DNA from: an uncultured Gemmatimonadales bacterium
GTDB taxonomy: Bacteria > Gemmatimonadota > Gemmatimonadetes > Gemmatimonadales > GWC2-71-9
Direction of reading: 5' to 3'
Length of the DNA: 64,000 bases
NCBI GenBank assembly: GCA_963695555.1
Contig: CAVOGR010000001.1
Span: 224,001-288,000, forward strand
Shown here: positions 10,528-20,150 of the stretch, in pieces
Layout: each line of letters begins with the position of its first letter
Position numbering within the stretch: position 1 is the stretch's first letter
Notes under the pieces: generated by a model
What the model saw: only the letters and a program-made list of their open reading frames with translations
Told to the model about the DNA's origin: nothing
The model's database searches: none
Translations under genes and position numbers: made by a program

Positions 10528-11954
10528 CGCGCCTGGATTCGCTCGGGCACCTTGCCGTCCGTATGCGAGACGGCCTGTCGGCCGGGATCTTGGTGCCGCT
10601 TTACCAACTGCAGCGACGTATACGGCCCTCCACGCGCGCAGCGTTGTTGCGTTTTCGCGAGGGGATGCGATTCCGGAACGCTGCACTCGGATGGACCGAA
10701 ACCGAGAAACAGCAGTGGACGCTAACACGATTGCGCATGGTGGTACGGCACGCCAACCAGAACACCACGTATTATCGAGATCTTTTTCAGCGCATTGGCT
10801 TCGATCCGGCGCGCGATTTTGGGTTCGAGGACTATGCCCAGCTTCCGGTGCTCGAACGAGAAGATGTGCAGCAAGCCGGCCTCACACTCGTTTCGACTGA
10901 CATACCACCCCGGCAGCTTCGCAAGGACGCGACCGGGGGTTCGAGTGGCAAGCCGGTCGAGATTTGGCTGGGGCCCGAAGAACGGGGGTGGCGAGAGAGC
11001 GGCATCGACTGGTTCATGCTCCGCATCGGAGTACCCCGGGGAAGCCGGGTGGCCTATCTCTGGGGGCACAACCTTGATCCTGTTGCGAGCGATCGTTTCA
11101 GCGACCGAATGCGCGATTTCGTCCAGAACGCCACCTGGTTGGATTGTTTTCGTCTCTCGGCTGCAGAACTCGAACGATACCATAGGCTACTCACGACACG
11201 GCCACCCAAGTGTATCGTCGCCTACGCGAAGGCGCTGGCCGACCTTGCAGTGGTGATTCGCGAGAGGGACGAACGGCCCAATTATCCCACACGCTGCCTG
11301 GTGACCGGTGCCGAGAAACTCCTGCCGCATCATCGGCAAGTGGTGGAACAAGTGTTCAACTGCCGAGTTCATGAGCGCTACGGGAGTCGTGATGTTGGTT
11401 TAATAGGGTTTCAAGTTGGCGTGGCGGCCGGGGGAGGATTTGAAGTTGATTGGGCCAACGTCATGGTAGAAGCCGAGCACGAAGGACCTGAGTCCTCCAT
11501 TCTCATCACGAAGCTGCACGGTGACGGAATGCCCATGCTGCGCTATCGGCTCGGAGACGTGGGGCGGTTCCCGGTCGGAGCCCAGCCCGGTCACCCCAAC
11601 TTTGTCTTGCATGAGGTGCTGGGACGTGAGACGGATCGGATCTTCCTTCCACATGGAGGCTGGATTGACGGGATCGAATTTCCCCACCTAATGAAAGATC
11701 ACCCGGTGCTGGATTTCCAGGTCGTGCAGCGCCAGGACTTGAGCCTCGAAGTGGAATACGTGCCGAGTGGAAGTTTCACTGAGGATAACTATCGACGCAT
11801 CCTCGAAACGCTGCGGGTAAATGTGACCGGAGTCGGCATTACCTTACGGGAAGTACATGAGATACCTCGGGCTGCCTCCAACAAGTGGCGGCCGGTTCGG
11901 ACGGAGGCAGTGCAACCGACCCCGATTCCAGGGAACGACCGTGAACGGCCCTAA
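10524..11954 (+). CDS. CapK-like adenylate-forming enzyme (phenylacetate-CoA ligase family)
   Basis: TGGSSGKP, YGSRD, MPMLRYRLGDVG, GRETD, K-W-R terminal motif. Confidence 0.85.
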   Translation: MTRLDSLGHLAVRMRDGLSAGILVPLYQLQRRIRPSTRAALLRFREGMRFRNAALGWTETEKQQWTLTRLRMVVRHANQNTTYYRDLFQRIGFDPARDFGFEDYAQLPVLEREDVQQAGLTLVSTDIPPRQLRKDATGGSSGKPVEIWLGPEERGWRESGIDWFMLRIGVPRGSRVAYLWGHNLDPVASDRFSDRMRDFVQNATWLDCFRLSAAELERYHRLLTTRPPKCIVAYAKALADLAVVIRERDERPNYPTRCLVTGAEKLLPHHRQVVEQVFNCRVHERYGSRDVGLIGFQVGVAAGGGFEVDWANVMVEAEHEGPESSILITKLHGDGMPMLRYRLGDVGRFPVGAQPGHPNFVLHEVLGRETDRIFLPHGGWIDGIEFPHLMKDHPVLDFQVVQRQDLSLEVEYVPSGSFTEDNYRRILETLRVNVTGVGITLREVHEIPRAASNKWRPVRTEAVQPTPIPGNDRERP

Positions 11955-13341
11955 CGATCCCCGTGTTGCCATCGTGGAAGTCGTAGAAGGGCAGTATGAC
12001 GACGACGGAACGCGAGCGCTCCGCAAGGCGCTGCAACGGCTCGCCGAGTTGCTCGATTGGGACACTGGCACGTCGGTACTTGGCGAGGTCATCCCGTCGG
12101 GGGCCCGCGTCCTGGTGAAACCCAATTGGGTGTCCCACGCCAATCAGGGGCCATGGGGGCTCGATCCCCTAATCACCAACAGTGCCCTCATCCGGGACAC
12201 GGTCCAGGCTGTGCTGCAGACCAAGGCTGCCGAGGTCGTGGTTGGGGATGCTCCACTCCAGCTGTGCGACTTCGAGCGGCTGGTACGAGACAGCGGTGTC
12301 CGCCAATGGGCGGAGCCCCTGAGTGGCAGCGACCCCCGTTTCAAGGGGGTCCAGGATTTCCGGCGGACCACCTGCGAGGTTCAGGATGGCCGGCGCGTCG
12401 CGTCCGAAGATCGCGTGGCCCGCGAACACTTTGTGCTGTACGACCTCGGCACCGACAGCCTGCTCGAACCCATAACCGATGGGAATGGTTCGTTCCGCGT
12501 TACCCAGTACAACCCCACCCACATGATACGGACCCATGCTCCCGGGCGCCATCAATATTTGGTCGCTCGCGCCGTTATCGAGGCGGACGTCGTCGTGAAT
12601 CTGCCGAAGCTCAAGACCCACAAGAAGGCCGGCGTAACCTGTGCCCTCAAGAACCTGATCGGAATCAACGGAAACAAGGAATACCTGCCCCATCACCGGG
12701 TTGGCGGAGCCGAGTCCGGCGGGGATTGCTATCCGGGCGGCAGCCGAGTGAAGCGAGCGCAAGAATACGCCCTGGACCGGATGAACCTGACCCAGTCCCG
12801 TTTGGGTCAGGGTCTTTGGCGGGATGCAGCCCGATGGTTGGATCGTATTGCTCGGCTCGGCGGGGATCGATTGGGTGTCGAAGGATCCTGGGCCGGCAAC
12901 GACACCATTTGGCGCACGTGTCTGGATCTCAACAGGTTGTTGCACTATGGCCGGGCGGATGGCTCCCTTGCCGACCAGCCGCAGCGGGAAGTGATTCACG
13001 TGGTGGACGCCGTGATTGCCGGCCATGGCGATGGCCCGCTGGCTCCGGAACCCCTGCCCCTTCGGCTCCTGCTGGCCGGCCGCAATGCCGCCGCCATCGA
13101 CTGGGTTGGTGCCATGCTTCTGGGCTACGACCCGCTCAAGATCCCCATTGTCCGTGAAGCCTTCGGCTCCTTCCGATGGCCCATCGCCCCGTTCGCGCCG
13201 GAGGATATCAGGGTGCTGGGCGACCACGGTTCCGGCTCTCCAGCCCGGGTGCTTGGCTCCTACCGCAGGCCGCTCGTGCCCAGTTACCCCATTGGTTGGA
13301 GGGAAGCCGTAGTGCGAACCGATTCCGAATCTGAGGCCTGA
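11941..13341 (+). CDS. DUF362 domain protein
   Basis: VLVKPNWV, VNLPKLKTHKKAGVTCALKNLIG, GDGP motifs; GTG start at 11941 overlaps the capK-like gene end. Confidence 0.8.
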   Translation: MNGPNDPRVAIVEVVEGQYDDDGTRALRKALQRLAELLDWDTGTSVLGEVIPSGARVLVKPNWVSHANQGPWGLDPLITNSALIRDTVQAVLQTKAAEVVVGDAPLQLCDFERLVRDSGVRQWAEPLSGSDPRFKGVQDFRRTTCEVQDGRRVASEDRVAREHFVLYDLGTDSLLEPITDGNGSFRVTQYNPTHMIRTHAPGRHQYLVARAVIEADVVVNLPKLKTHKKAGVTCALKNLIGINGNKEYLPHHRVGGAESGGDCYPGGSRVKRAQEYALDRMNLTQSRLGQGLWRDAARWLDRIARLGGDRLGVEGSWAGNDTIWRTCLDLNRLLHYGRADGSLADQPQREVIHVVDAVIAGHGDGPLAPEPLPLRLLLAGRNAAAIDWVGAMLLGYDPLKIPIVREAFGSFRWPIAPFAPEDIRVLGDHGSGSPARVLGSYRRPLVPSYPIGWREAVVRTDSESEA

Positions 13342-13490
13342 GTGCCAATGGCGGTAGACGACCCAACGGACGAGAAATCCCCGATTGGAATGCGACGAGG
13401 GGACAATCTCCCCGCTGTGGAAGTAGGGTTGTTTTGCGAGAAGTTTCCCAACCATCACAAAATCAATGAATTCCAGCCGCGGTCCCCACC

Positions 13491-13506
13491 TGGAACGAAC
13501 TCTGCA
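13491..13506 (+). promoter_or_regulatory. Putative sigma54 promoter
   Basis: TGGAACGAACTCTGCA (GG-N10-GC) in the intergenic region ~290 bp before the beta-helix lipoprotein gene. Confidence 0.45.
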
Positions 13507-13795
13507 TAGCAGGGGGCGCTGCCTGCTCACCACCGGTATCGGCATGCACGAGGCAAGATGGCCGAATTGACACTCAGGTCCGGCTCGATTCTGACAAATG
13601 CAAAATCTAGCATAGCAAGACATTAACCCCATGTTTTATAAGATATTAAGTGGTCTTTCCTCGCTGTCCTGAATCTCCTAGTGCATAATTTTACGATACC
13701 GTCCGGTCCTTGACGATGGTATCGACCGCCTCCTTGTCCCATTGTCTTAACAATCGAAGCTCTGCAACAACCACCGGAACCAACGGGATGGCGGT

Positions 13796-15478
13796 ATGAC
13801 GCTCGCTCGAAGAATCGTTTCTTGGCTGGCAGTGATGTTCGTGTGTGTGTCGGTTGCGGCCGCCTGCGATCCGGGAGCCTTGAAGGACGGCTTTGCCCCG
13901 GAAGATCCCTCGAGCCCGCCTCCCACATTCCCCCCGACACCCGCTGGCCCTGCCGAGCTACCCCGGCAGTACATCAACAGTGACTACGTGGCGGCGACAG
14001 GGGCGACGATTACGGTGCCGGCGGGGGGCGATTTCCAGGCGGCGCTCGATCAGGCGCAGCCGGGGGACGAGATCGTGCTGGCGGCGGGCGCGACCTACAC
14101 CGGGAACTTCGTGCTGTCGGCCAAGCAGGGGACCGGCTGGATTGTCATTCGGTCGTCCGAGTTGAGCCAGCTGCCGGCGCCGGGGCGGCGGGTGAGCCCG
14201 AGCGATGCGGCCCGGATGCCGAAGCTGGTGTCAGACAACGCGGCACCGGCGCTCACGGCGGCGGAGCGGGTGCACCACTACCGCGTGGTGGGGGTCGAGA
14301 TCACCAGCGCGCCCAGCACGACCTTGACCTACAACATCGTGTCCCTGGGGGGAAACCAGGAGGCGCCGGCGGACATGCCGCACGATCTGATCTTCGATCG
14401 GGTGTACGTGCACGGCCATCCGAGCCTCGACACCCAGCGGTGCTTCGCGGTGAACGGCGGGGCTACGGCGATCGTGGATTCCTACGTGAGCGAGTGCCAC
14501 ATGGTGGGGTTCGACAGCCAGGCCATCGGGGGCTGGCGGGGCACGGGCCCCTACAAGGTGGTGAACAACTATCTGGAGGGGGCCGGGGAGAACCTGATGT
14601 TCGGCGGAGCGGGGTTTTCGCCGGCGTGGGATGTGGCGGCGGACGTGGAGATCCGGGGGAATTACTTCTTCAAGCCGCTGTCGTGGAACCGGAACCATCC
14701 GACCTATGCGGGGACGCGCTGGTCGGTCAAGAACCTGTTCGAGATCAAGGACGGCCAGCGCTGGCTGGTGGAGGCGAACATCTTCGAGAACAACTGGGTG
14801 GACGGGCAGAACGGGTTCGCCATTCTGTACCAGGCGGTCGACGGGGTGAACGCGAAGATCACGGACATCACCTTCCGGTACAACATCGTGCGGTACAGCC
14901 CGGGCGGCATCAACTGCTGCGCCCGGCACGACAATACCGGGACGCGGGGACTCCCGAGCGAGCCGCTGCAGCGGATCGCCTTCGAGCACAACCTGTTCTA
15001 CGATATCGGGGTCGATGCCGGGGTGCTGGGGAGCAACGGCCGGGCGGTGCAACTGCTGGGCGATCACCGGGACACGTCGGTGCGGCACAACACGTTCTTC
15101 GCCCCCTACAGCGCGATGGTGCTCGACGGAGGGGCCGGCACCGCCCAGCGTACCAGCGTCATGGACAACATCTTCGAGCGCGGGCAGTACGGGGTGACCG
15201 GCAACGGCACCGGCGAGGGCCTGCTGGCGCTCGACGTCTACCTCCCTGGCGCGCCGTTCGTGGGCAACGTCCTCTGGGGCAACGCCTCGGTGGCCTCCCG
15301 GTATCCGGCGGGGAACTTCTTCCCGGCCGGCCTCGGCGGAGTAGGCTTCGTCGGCGGCGGCGACTTCCGCCTGGCGCCGTCCAGCCCCTATATCGGTGCG
15401 GCCAGTGACGGCACCAACCCCGGGGCTGATTTCGGCGCCATCCAGGCACGGACAACCACCGCCCGCACCGGCCAGTGA
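13796..15478 (+). CDS. Lipoprotein with right-handed parallel beta-helix (pectin-lyase-like) glycan-active domain, copy A
   Basis: Lipobox VAAAC, Pro-rich linker, ALDQAQPGDEIVL cap helix, repeated IRGNYF/VEANIFENN/FRYNIV/FEHNLF rungs. Confidence 0.8.
   Translation: MTLARRIVSWLAVMFVCVSVAAACDPGALKDGFAPEDPSSPPPTFPPTPAGPAELPRQYINSDYVAATGATITVPAGGDFQAALDQAQPGDEIVLAAGATYTGNFVLSAKQGTGWIVIRSSELSQLPAPGRRVSPSDAARMPKLVSDNAAPALTAAERVHHYRVVGVEITSAPSTTLTYNIVSLGGNQEAPADMPHDLIFDRVYVHGHPSLDTQRCFAVNGGATAIVDSYVSECHMVGFDSQAIGGWRGTGPYKVVNNYLEGAGENLMFGGAGFSPAWDVAADVEIRGNYFFKPLSWNRNHPTYAGTRWSVKNLFEIKDGQRWLVEANIFENNWVDGQNGFAILYQAVDGVNAKITDITFRYNIVRYSPGGINCCARHDNTGTRGLPSEPLQRIAFEHNLFYDIGVDAGVLGSNGRAVQLLGDHRDTSVRHNTFFAPYSAMVLDGGAGTAQRTSVMDNIFERGQYGVTGNGTGEGLLALDVYLPGAPFVGNVLWGNASVASRYPAGNFFPAGLGGVGFVGGGDFRLAPSSPYIGAASDGTNPGADFGAIQARTTTARTGQ
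13992..15099 (+). repeat. Direct repeat of the beta-helix core (copy A)
   Basis: Aligns by eye to 15858-16967 at offset 1866-1868, with long identical stretches. Confidence 0.9.
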
Positions 15479-15688
15479 TACGGGCCAAGCATTAGCGAGA
15501 CCAAATCCGCGACTTGCTAGCCCGAGGGCTAGCCCACAGTCCTGAGTTGAACGAGTGCCTCGTTGTCCCGTGCGGCAGCGGACGGAACAGCGGGGCATTC
15601 GTCTTTCCAGTTGGTCTCACTTCCACCGGTGCCCGGGTATTCTTAGACTCTCTTATTCGAAGTCTGCCATGCGACGGCGCCATGCATC

Positions 15689-17340
15689 TTGCAATTCGGC
15701 TCACTCGCCGTGAGACTTCATGCGGATCATGCCTCTGCCGAGATTCACCATCCACAGACTGTGACCGCTCTGGCGCCCGCAGGCATCGCTCTGCCGATGC
15801 AATCAGTGTCCATGCCGCCAGAACTACCGCGGGTGTTGCTGAGCACCGACTACATACCGGCGACGGGGGCGACGCTGACGGTGCCGGCGGGCGGGGACTT
15901 CCAGGCGGCGCTCAACCAGGCCCAGCCAGGGGACGAGATCGTGCTGGCGGCGGGGGCGACCTACGCCGGGAATTTTGTGCTGCCGACCAAACAGGGGACG
16001 GGGTGGATCGTCATCCGGTCGTCCGAGTTGAGCCAGCTGCCGGCCCCTGGGCGGCGGGTCACGCCGAGTGAAGCGGTCCGGATGCCGAAACTCGCAGACG
16101 GATAACTGCAAGACCGGCCCTTACGGTGCCGGAACGGGCCCACCATTACCGCGTGGTGGGCGTCGAGATCACGAGCGCGCCAAGCACCACGCTGACCTAC
16201 AACATCGTGTACGTCGGGGGGGGCCAGGAGGCGCCGACGGACATGCCCCACGATATCATTTTCGATCGGGTGTACGTGCACGGTCATCCAAGCCTCGACA
16301 CCCAGCGGTGCTTCGCGGTGAACGGCGGGGCCACGGCGATCGTGGATTCCTACGTGAGTGAGTGCCATATCGTGGGGTTCGACAGCCAGGCCATCGGGGG
16401 CTGGCGGGGCACGGGCCCCTACAAGGTGGTGAACAACTATCTGGAGGGGGCGGGGGAGAACCTGATGTTCGGCGGGGCGGGATTCTCGCCGGCGTGGGAC
16501 GTGGCGGCGGATGTGGAGATCCGAGGGAATTACTTCTTCAAGCCGCTGTCGTGGAACCGGAACCATCCGACCTACGCAGGGCGGCGCTGGGCGGTCAAGA
16601 ACCTGTTCGAGATCAAGGACGGCCAGCGCTGGCTGGTAGAGGGGAACATCTTCGAGAACAACTGGGTGGATGGGCAGAACGGGTTCGCCATTCTGTACCA
16701 GGCGGTCGACGGGGTGAACGCGAAGATCACGGACATCACCTTTCGGTACAACATCGTGCGGTACAGCCCGGGCGGCATCAACTGCTGTGGCCGGCATGAC
16801 AATACCGGGACCCGGGGGTTGCCGCGGGAGCCGCTGCAGCGGATCGCCTTCGAGCACAACCTGTTCTACGATATCGGGGTCGATGCCGGGGTGCTGGGGA
16901 GCAACGGCCGGGCGGTGCAGCTTCTCGGCGACCACCGGGACACTTCGCTCAGACACAACACTTTCTTTGGGTCACGAGTCGCCATGGTGTTGACGGGAGG
17001 AGGAGCGGAGCGGACGGTTATAACCGACAACATCTTCGAGCGTGGGCGGTACGGCTTCTTGGGCGACAAAAGCTCGGAAGGCCAAGTTGCTCTCCATCGC
17101 TATATCACTAATTTTGTGTTTGTAGGGAATGTGATTTGGGGAAATTCGTCGGTGAGAGATCGATATCCCGCGGGGAACTACTTTCCGAGCAGCTTTAATG
17201 ACGTCGGGTTCCTCGGGCCTGCTGATTTCGAACTTCGTGCCACGAGCCAGTACGCCAAGGCAGCGTCCGATGGCACTGCACCTGGGCCTGATTTTGCTCC
17301 CCTGAAGCAGGCGACGGCGCGCTCCCGGCTAGGGAGATGA
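15689..17340 (+). CDS. Beta-helix protein copy B; frameshifted at ~16095-16113, start uncertain (possible pseudogene)
   Basis: ORFs 15689-16105 and 16126-17340 together match copy A; net +2 nt relative to copy A; no clear lipobox. Confidence 0.7.
15858..16967 (+). repeat. Direct repeat of the beta-helix core (copy B)
   Basis: Near-identical to 13992-15099. Confidence 0.9.
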
Positions 17341-18423
17341 CCCCAGCTCAGAGTCGCTGCTTACGAGCGCACGAACGGCTGCCCGATGCAACGCCGGTCG
17401 CAGCGTAGGTTCTACTTCATCGTCCCGCAGTCGATAATCTAACAGCGTAGTGTCTACGAAATACCGCCCTAGCGGTGTGTTGGACTTCAGCCACGTGCGA
17501 GAAGCGAACCTGGCACGATACAGCACACGCGCTGTTCTCTCGACGATATTAACCGAGCGTTCTCTTGGGGAGGTTGCCAGCTCAAAACCCATTTCTGAAA
17601 GCTGATGTCCAATCAAGGATTCGATGAGCGTCAGCTCCCTCTCAGAGTAGGCCTTTCTCCAGCGATCTACCGGCTGAAAGTGACCCCCTTGCAGTTCAGC
17701 GTTGAAGGAAGTATTTGGCTTGCTCACCGATCCAATACCGGCAGATAAGATGCGTGCATAATCCATTGGGTGGTCTATGAAGTGGCCTATTGTCGTAAGG
17801 GTTTCTTTCGGATTGGTTGCTAGGTCTCCGAACTGCACTTCCATATAGCGCGGTCCGAGCATGGCTGCATGTGCTCTCCCTTTTTCTGTCATCCACTCCC
17901 AGTATGACGCAGCCGCCACGAGGTCACGACTTTGCCCCACAGGCAGTGGACGGATGGAACGCTGCTTAGCGAGCGAGGCTGCGACATCGCGGCCATCTCG
18001 CACGATGTGGATGAAGAGAGCGTCAGGAAAGTGTGTTTGGATCTCTGGTATGTATAGAATGCTCTCAGGCGTACACTCGGCCCAGCGCCAAGCACCCTGA
18101 TCTATTGCGATGCCCTCCATCAAGAGACGCAGAAAGTCACCCGACGTGCGGCAATGTTCGCGGATTGTGTTTGAGAAGCTGGTTTCGTCGAGCCCCGAAC
18201 GGAGGAAGTACTCGCTCTTCAACCACCGACGGAGGAATGCTTCACGGTCCTTCCTCCGCTTGAATCCGCCACATCGAGGCCCTAATGTATTGAAGACATG
18301 AGACTCGAAGCGATAAATGGCGAAGCCGCCCGCCGAAAGAAGCAAATGGTACAGCCACGTTGTACCAGAGCGGGGGCTTCCTATGATGAATACAGGAGAT
18401 CTATTCATCGGCGACTCTGACAC
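17329..18423 (-). CDS. PAPS-dependent sulfotransferase (Sulfotransfer_3-like)
   Basis: VFIIGSPRSGTTWL 5'-PSB loop; IHIVRDGRDVAAS 3'-PB motif. Confidence 0.9.
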   Translation of the reverse strand: MSESPMNRSPVFIIGSPRSGTTWLYHLLLSAGGFAIYRFESHVFNTLGPRCGGFKRRKDREAFLRRWLKSEYFLRSGLDETSFSNTIREHCRTSGDFLRLLMEGIAIDQGAWRWAECTPESILYIPEIQTHFPDALFIHIVRDGRDVAASLAKQRSIRPLPVGQSRDLVAAASYWEWMTEKGRAHAAMLGPRYMEVQFGDLATNPKETLTTIGHFIDHPMDYARILSAGIGSVSKPNTSFNAELQGGHFQPVDRWRKAYSERELTLIESLIGHQLSEMGFELATSPRERSVNIVERTARVLYRARFASRTWLKSNTPLGRYFVDTTLLDYRLRDDEVEPTLRPALHRAAVRALVSSDSELGSSP

Positions 18424-18580
18424 CTCGCGTTGTTGTCATGTGAGTAATCAATGCTTCAACGTACTTGCCACGCCGTGCACCTTGAGGCTGAATCATATCC
18501 AACGCCGTCGCTGCGCCAGTGACACATCCGAGATACGATCTTGCCTCGCGCCCTGCTCCAGCAGCGCAGCTGGCAGAAAC

Positions 18581-19357
18581 TTAGCGAAGCAAACGGGAGC
18601 GAAGACGCAGGTAGTGAGTTCCCCCAAGCACTTTCGCCACCTTCTTTGCTTTCCATGTTGCCGCTTGAGCAAGTCGCGGGCCAAGACGCCCTTTTGCCAG
18701 CGCAGCGACGTAGTCAGCAGTCGCATCACTCCGGAGGGTGTAACGACCAATGATGCTACAGGTTCTGACCGTGTGCCAACGAGCCGTTGGCTCTGATGTG
18801 AAGAGCGCCTCGATGCCGGCTGCTGCCGCGGCCTCGCCGACTCGGCGAGCATAATAGCCTCCAGGCACCGACGCGGTAATGACAGGTTCACCAAGGATAT
18901 CGGCCAGACATCCAGTGCTTCGTGTCCACTCGTGCGCCAGTTCGTCATCACCACACGCAGCCATTCTTACTGGGTGCGAACAAGAATGCGATCCAACAAC
19001 ATGTCCCTGACTTCGAATGTGTCGGATGTGAGGTGCCGTGACGAAGCCAGGTGTGCCAATCCTGTCGGTCGTAACAAAGAAATGCCCCACCCATTCCCGA
19101 GCAGCCAAGAGCTCAGCGATGATCACCGCACTGATGCCACCATCGTCGAAGGTCAGCAATGTTGCCTCGAGGTCAACCTTCTTCGCATCCAACACGCTCG
19201 TTGGCCGTGGACAAGTCCTCGAATGGATCGCGTCGAGGTGCGCTTCAAACAAAGATCGCTCGAGTTTGTACGTGGCTGCATCACGGCCGGGAAACCCGGT
19301 GGCGTCTGCATGCCCCGTCTCAATGATGTCGTGGTACTCAAGAGCGATGGTGTGCAT
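18581..19357 (-). CDS. Polysaccharide deacetylase (CE4/NodB)
   Basis: YHD, LTFDDGG, GSHSCSHP, SVPGGY; start set at MHTIAL. Confidence 0.88.
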   Translation of the reverse strand: MHTIALEYHDIIETGHADATGFPGRDAATYKLERSLFEAHLDAIHSRTCPRPTSVLDAKKVDLEATLLTFDDGGISAVIIAELLAAREWVGHFFVTTDRIGTPGFVTAPHIRHIRSQGHVVGSHSCSHPVRMAACGDDELAHEWTRSTGCLADILGEPVITASVPGGYYARRVGEAAAAAGIEALFTSEPTARWHTVRTCSIIGRYTLRSDATADYVAALAKGRLGPRLAQAATWKAKKVAKVLGGTHYLRLRSRLLR

Positions 19358-20150
19358 ATGCTCGACGGGCGGTGTGTTTCCACCGCAGGTGCTTGGTGAG
19401 CTGCGGCTGCCCCCACATGGCGGACACACGGCCGGCGGTGTCGAGTGGGTGCGCTTCACCGTGATAGACAGCCTTGAGCCTTCTCATCAGAGGGTCGAGG
19501 TTCTCTAGCACGACCCGATGTTGAATCACAACATGCGACTCGCGTTGTTCATCAAACGCATAGCTGAAGTATCCATAGACGGGGCCGGTATCGACTCCCT
19601 CATCAATGCGTAAGAGCGTCATGCCGACTCGCTCAGTGTCGCGATTCACGAGGGCCCAGAAGCAGCCATGGGCATTGCGGTACTCTGGGCAGACCCCCGG
19701 GTGAAATACGTATGTGCCGTGGGTTGGCTGTGAGAAAATATTCGGTTTCAGTATGACCTTGCACAGGGCGATCATGACATGTGGTCTGCACGCGGCTATG
19801 AACTGCTCGGTTTCCGGCGTGTTTGGGCTTGGAGTACGCAAGATAGGGATGGAAGGTGGAACCGCTGGATAGCGAGCGCGAAGTCCGTCGAGGGCCCCGC
19901 TGAGCCACGCATCGTCCTTTCGTGCAACGAAGACGTGGTAGTAGAGCCGAAACGCGAGCACATCGAGCAGTCCCAGAAGTCCACTCCGCTTGTATTCACG
20001 GCGCATACGTCGCCATACGGCCTTGTGCGGCTCGTTGATGATGACAATGCCGGCAAGCGTGGATTCTGCAGCCAGCCATCGCGCGATGCCGTCTCGGTGC
20101 AACGGGCTTCCCTCATGGCACATGAGCAGCGTCACCATCGCACTGGTCAC
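19338..20150 (-). CDS. Formyltransferase-family protein
   Basis: HPGVCPEYRNAHGCFW, IDEGVDTGPV; GTG start overlaps the upstream TGA. Confidence 0.8.
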   Translation of the reverse strand: MTSAMVTLLMCHEGSPLHRDGIARWLAAESTLAGIVIINEPHKAVWRRMRREYKRSGLLGLLDVLAFRLYYHVFVARKDDAWLSGALDGLRARYPAVPPSIPILRTPSPNTPETEQFIAACRPHVMIALCKVILKPNIFSQPTHGTYVFHPGVCPEYRNAHGCFWALVNRDTERVGMTLLRIDEGVDTGPVYGYFSYAFDEQRESHVVIQHRVVLENLDPLMRRLKAVYHGEAHPLDTAGRVSAMWGQPQLTKHLRWKHTARRAYAHHRS

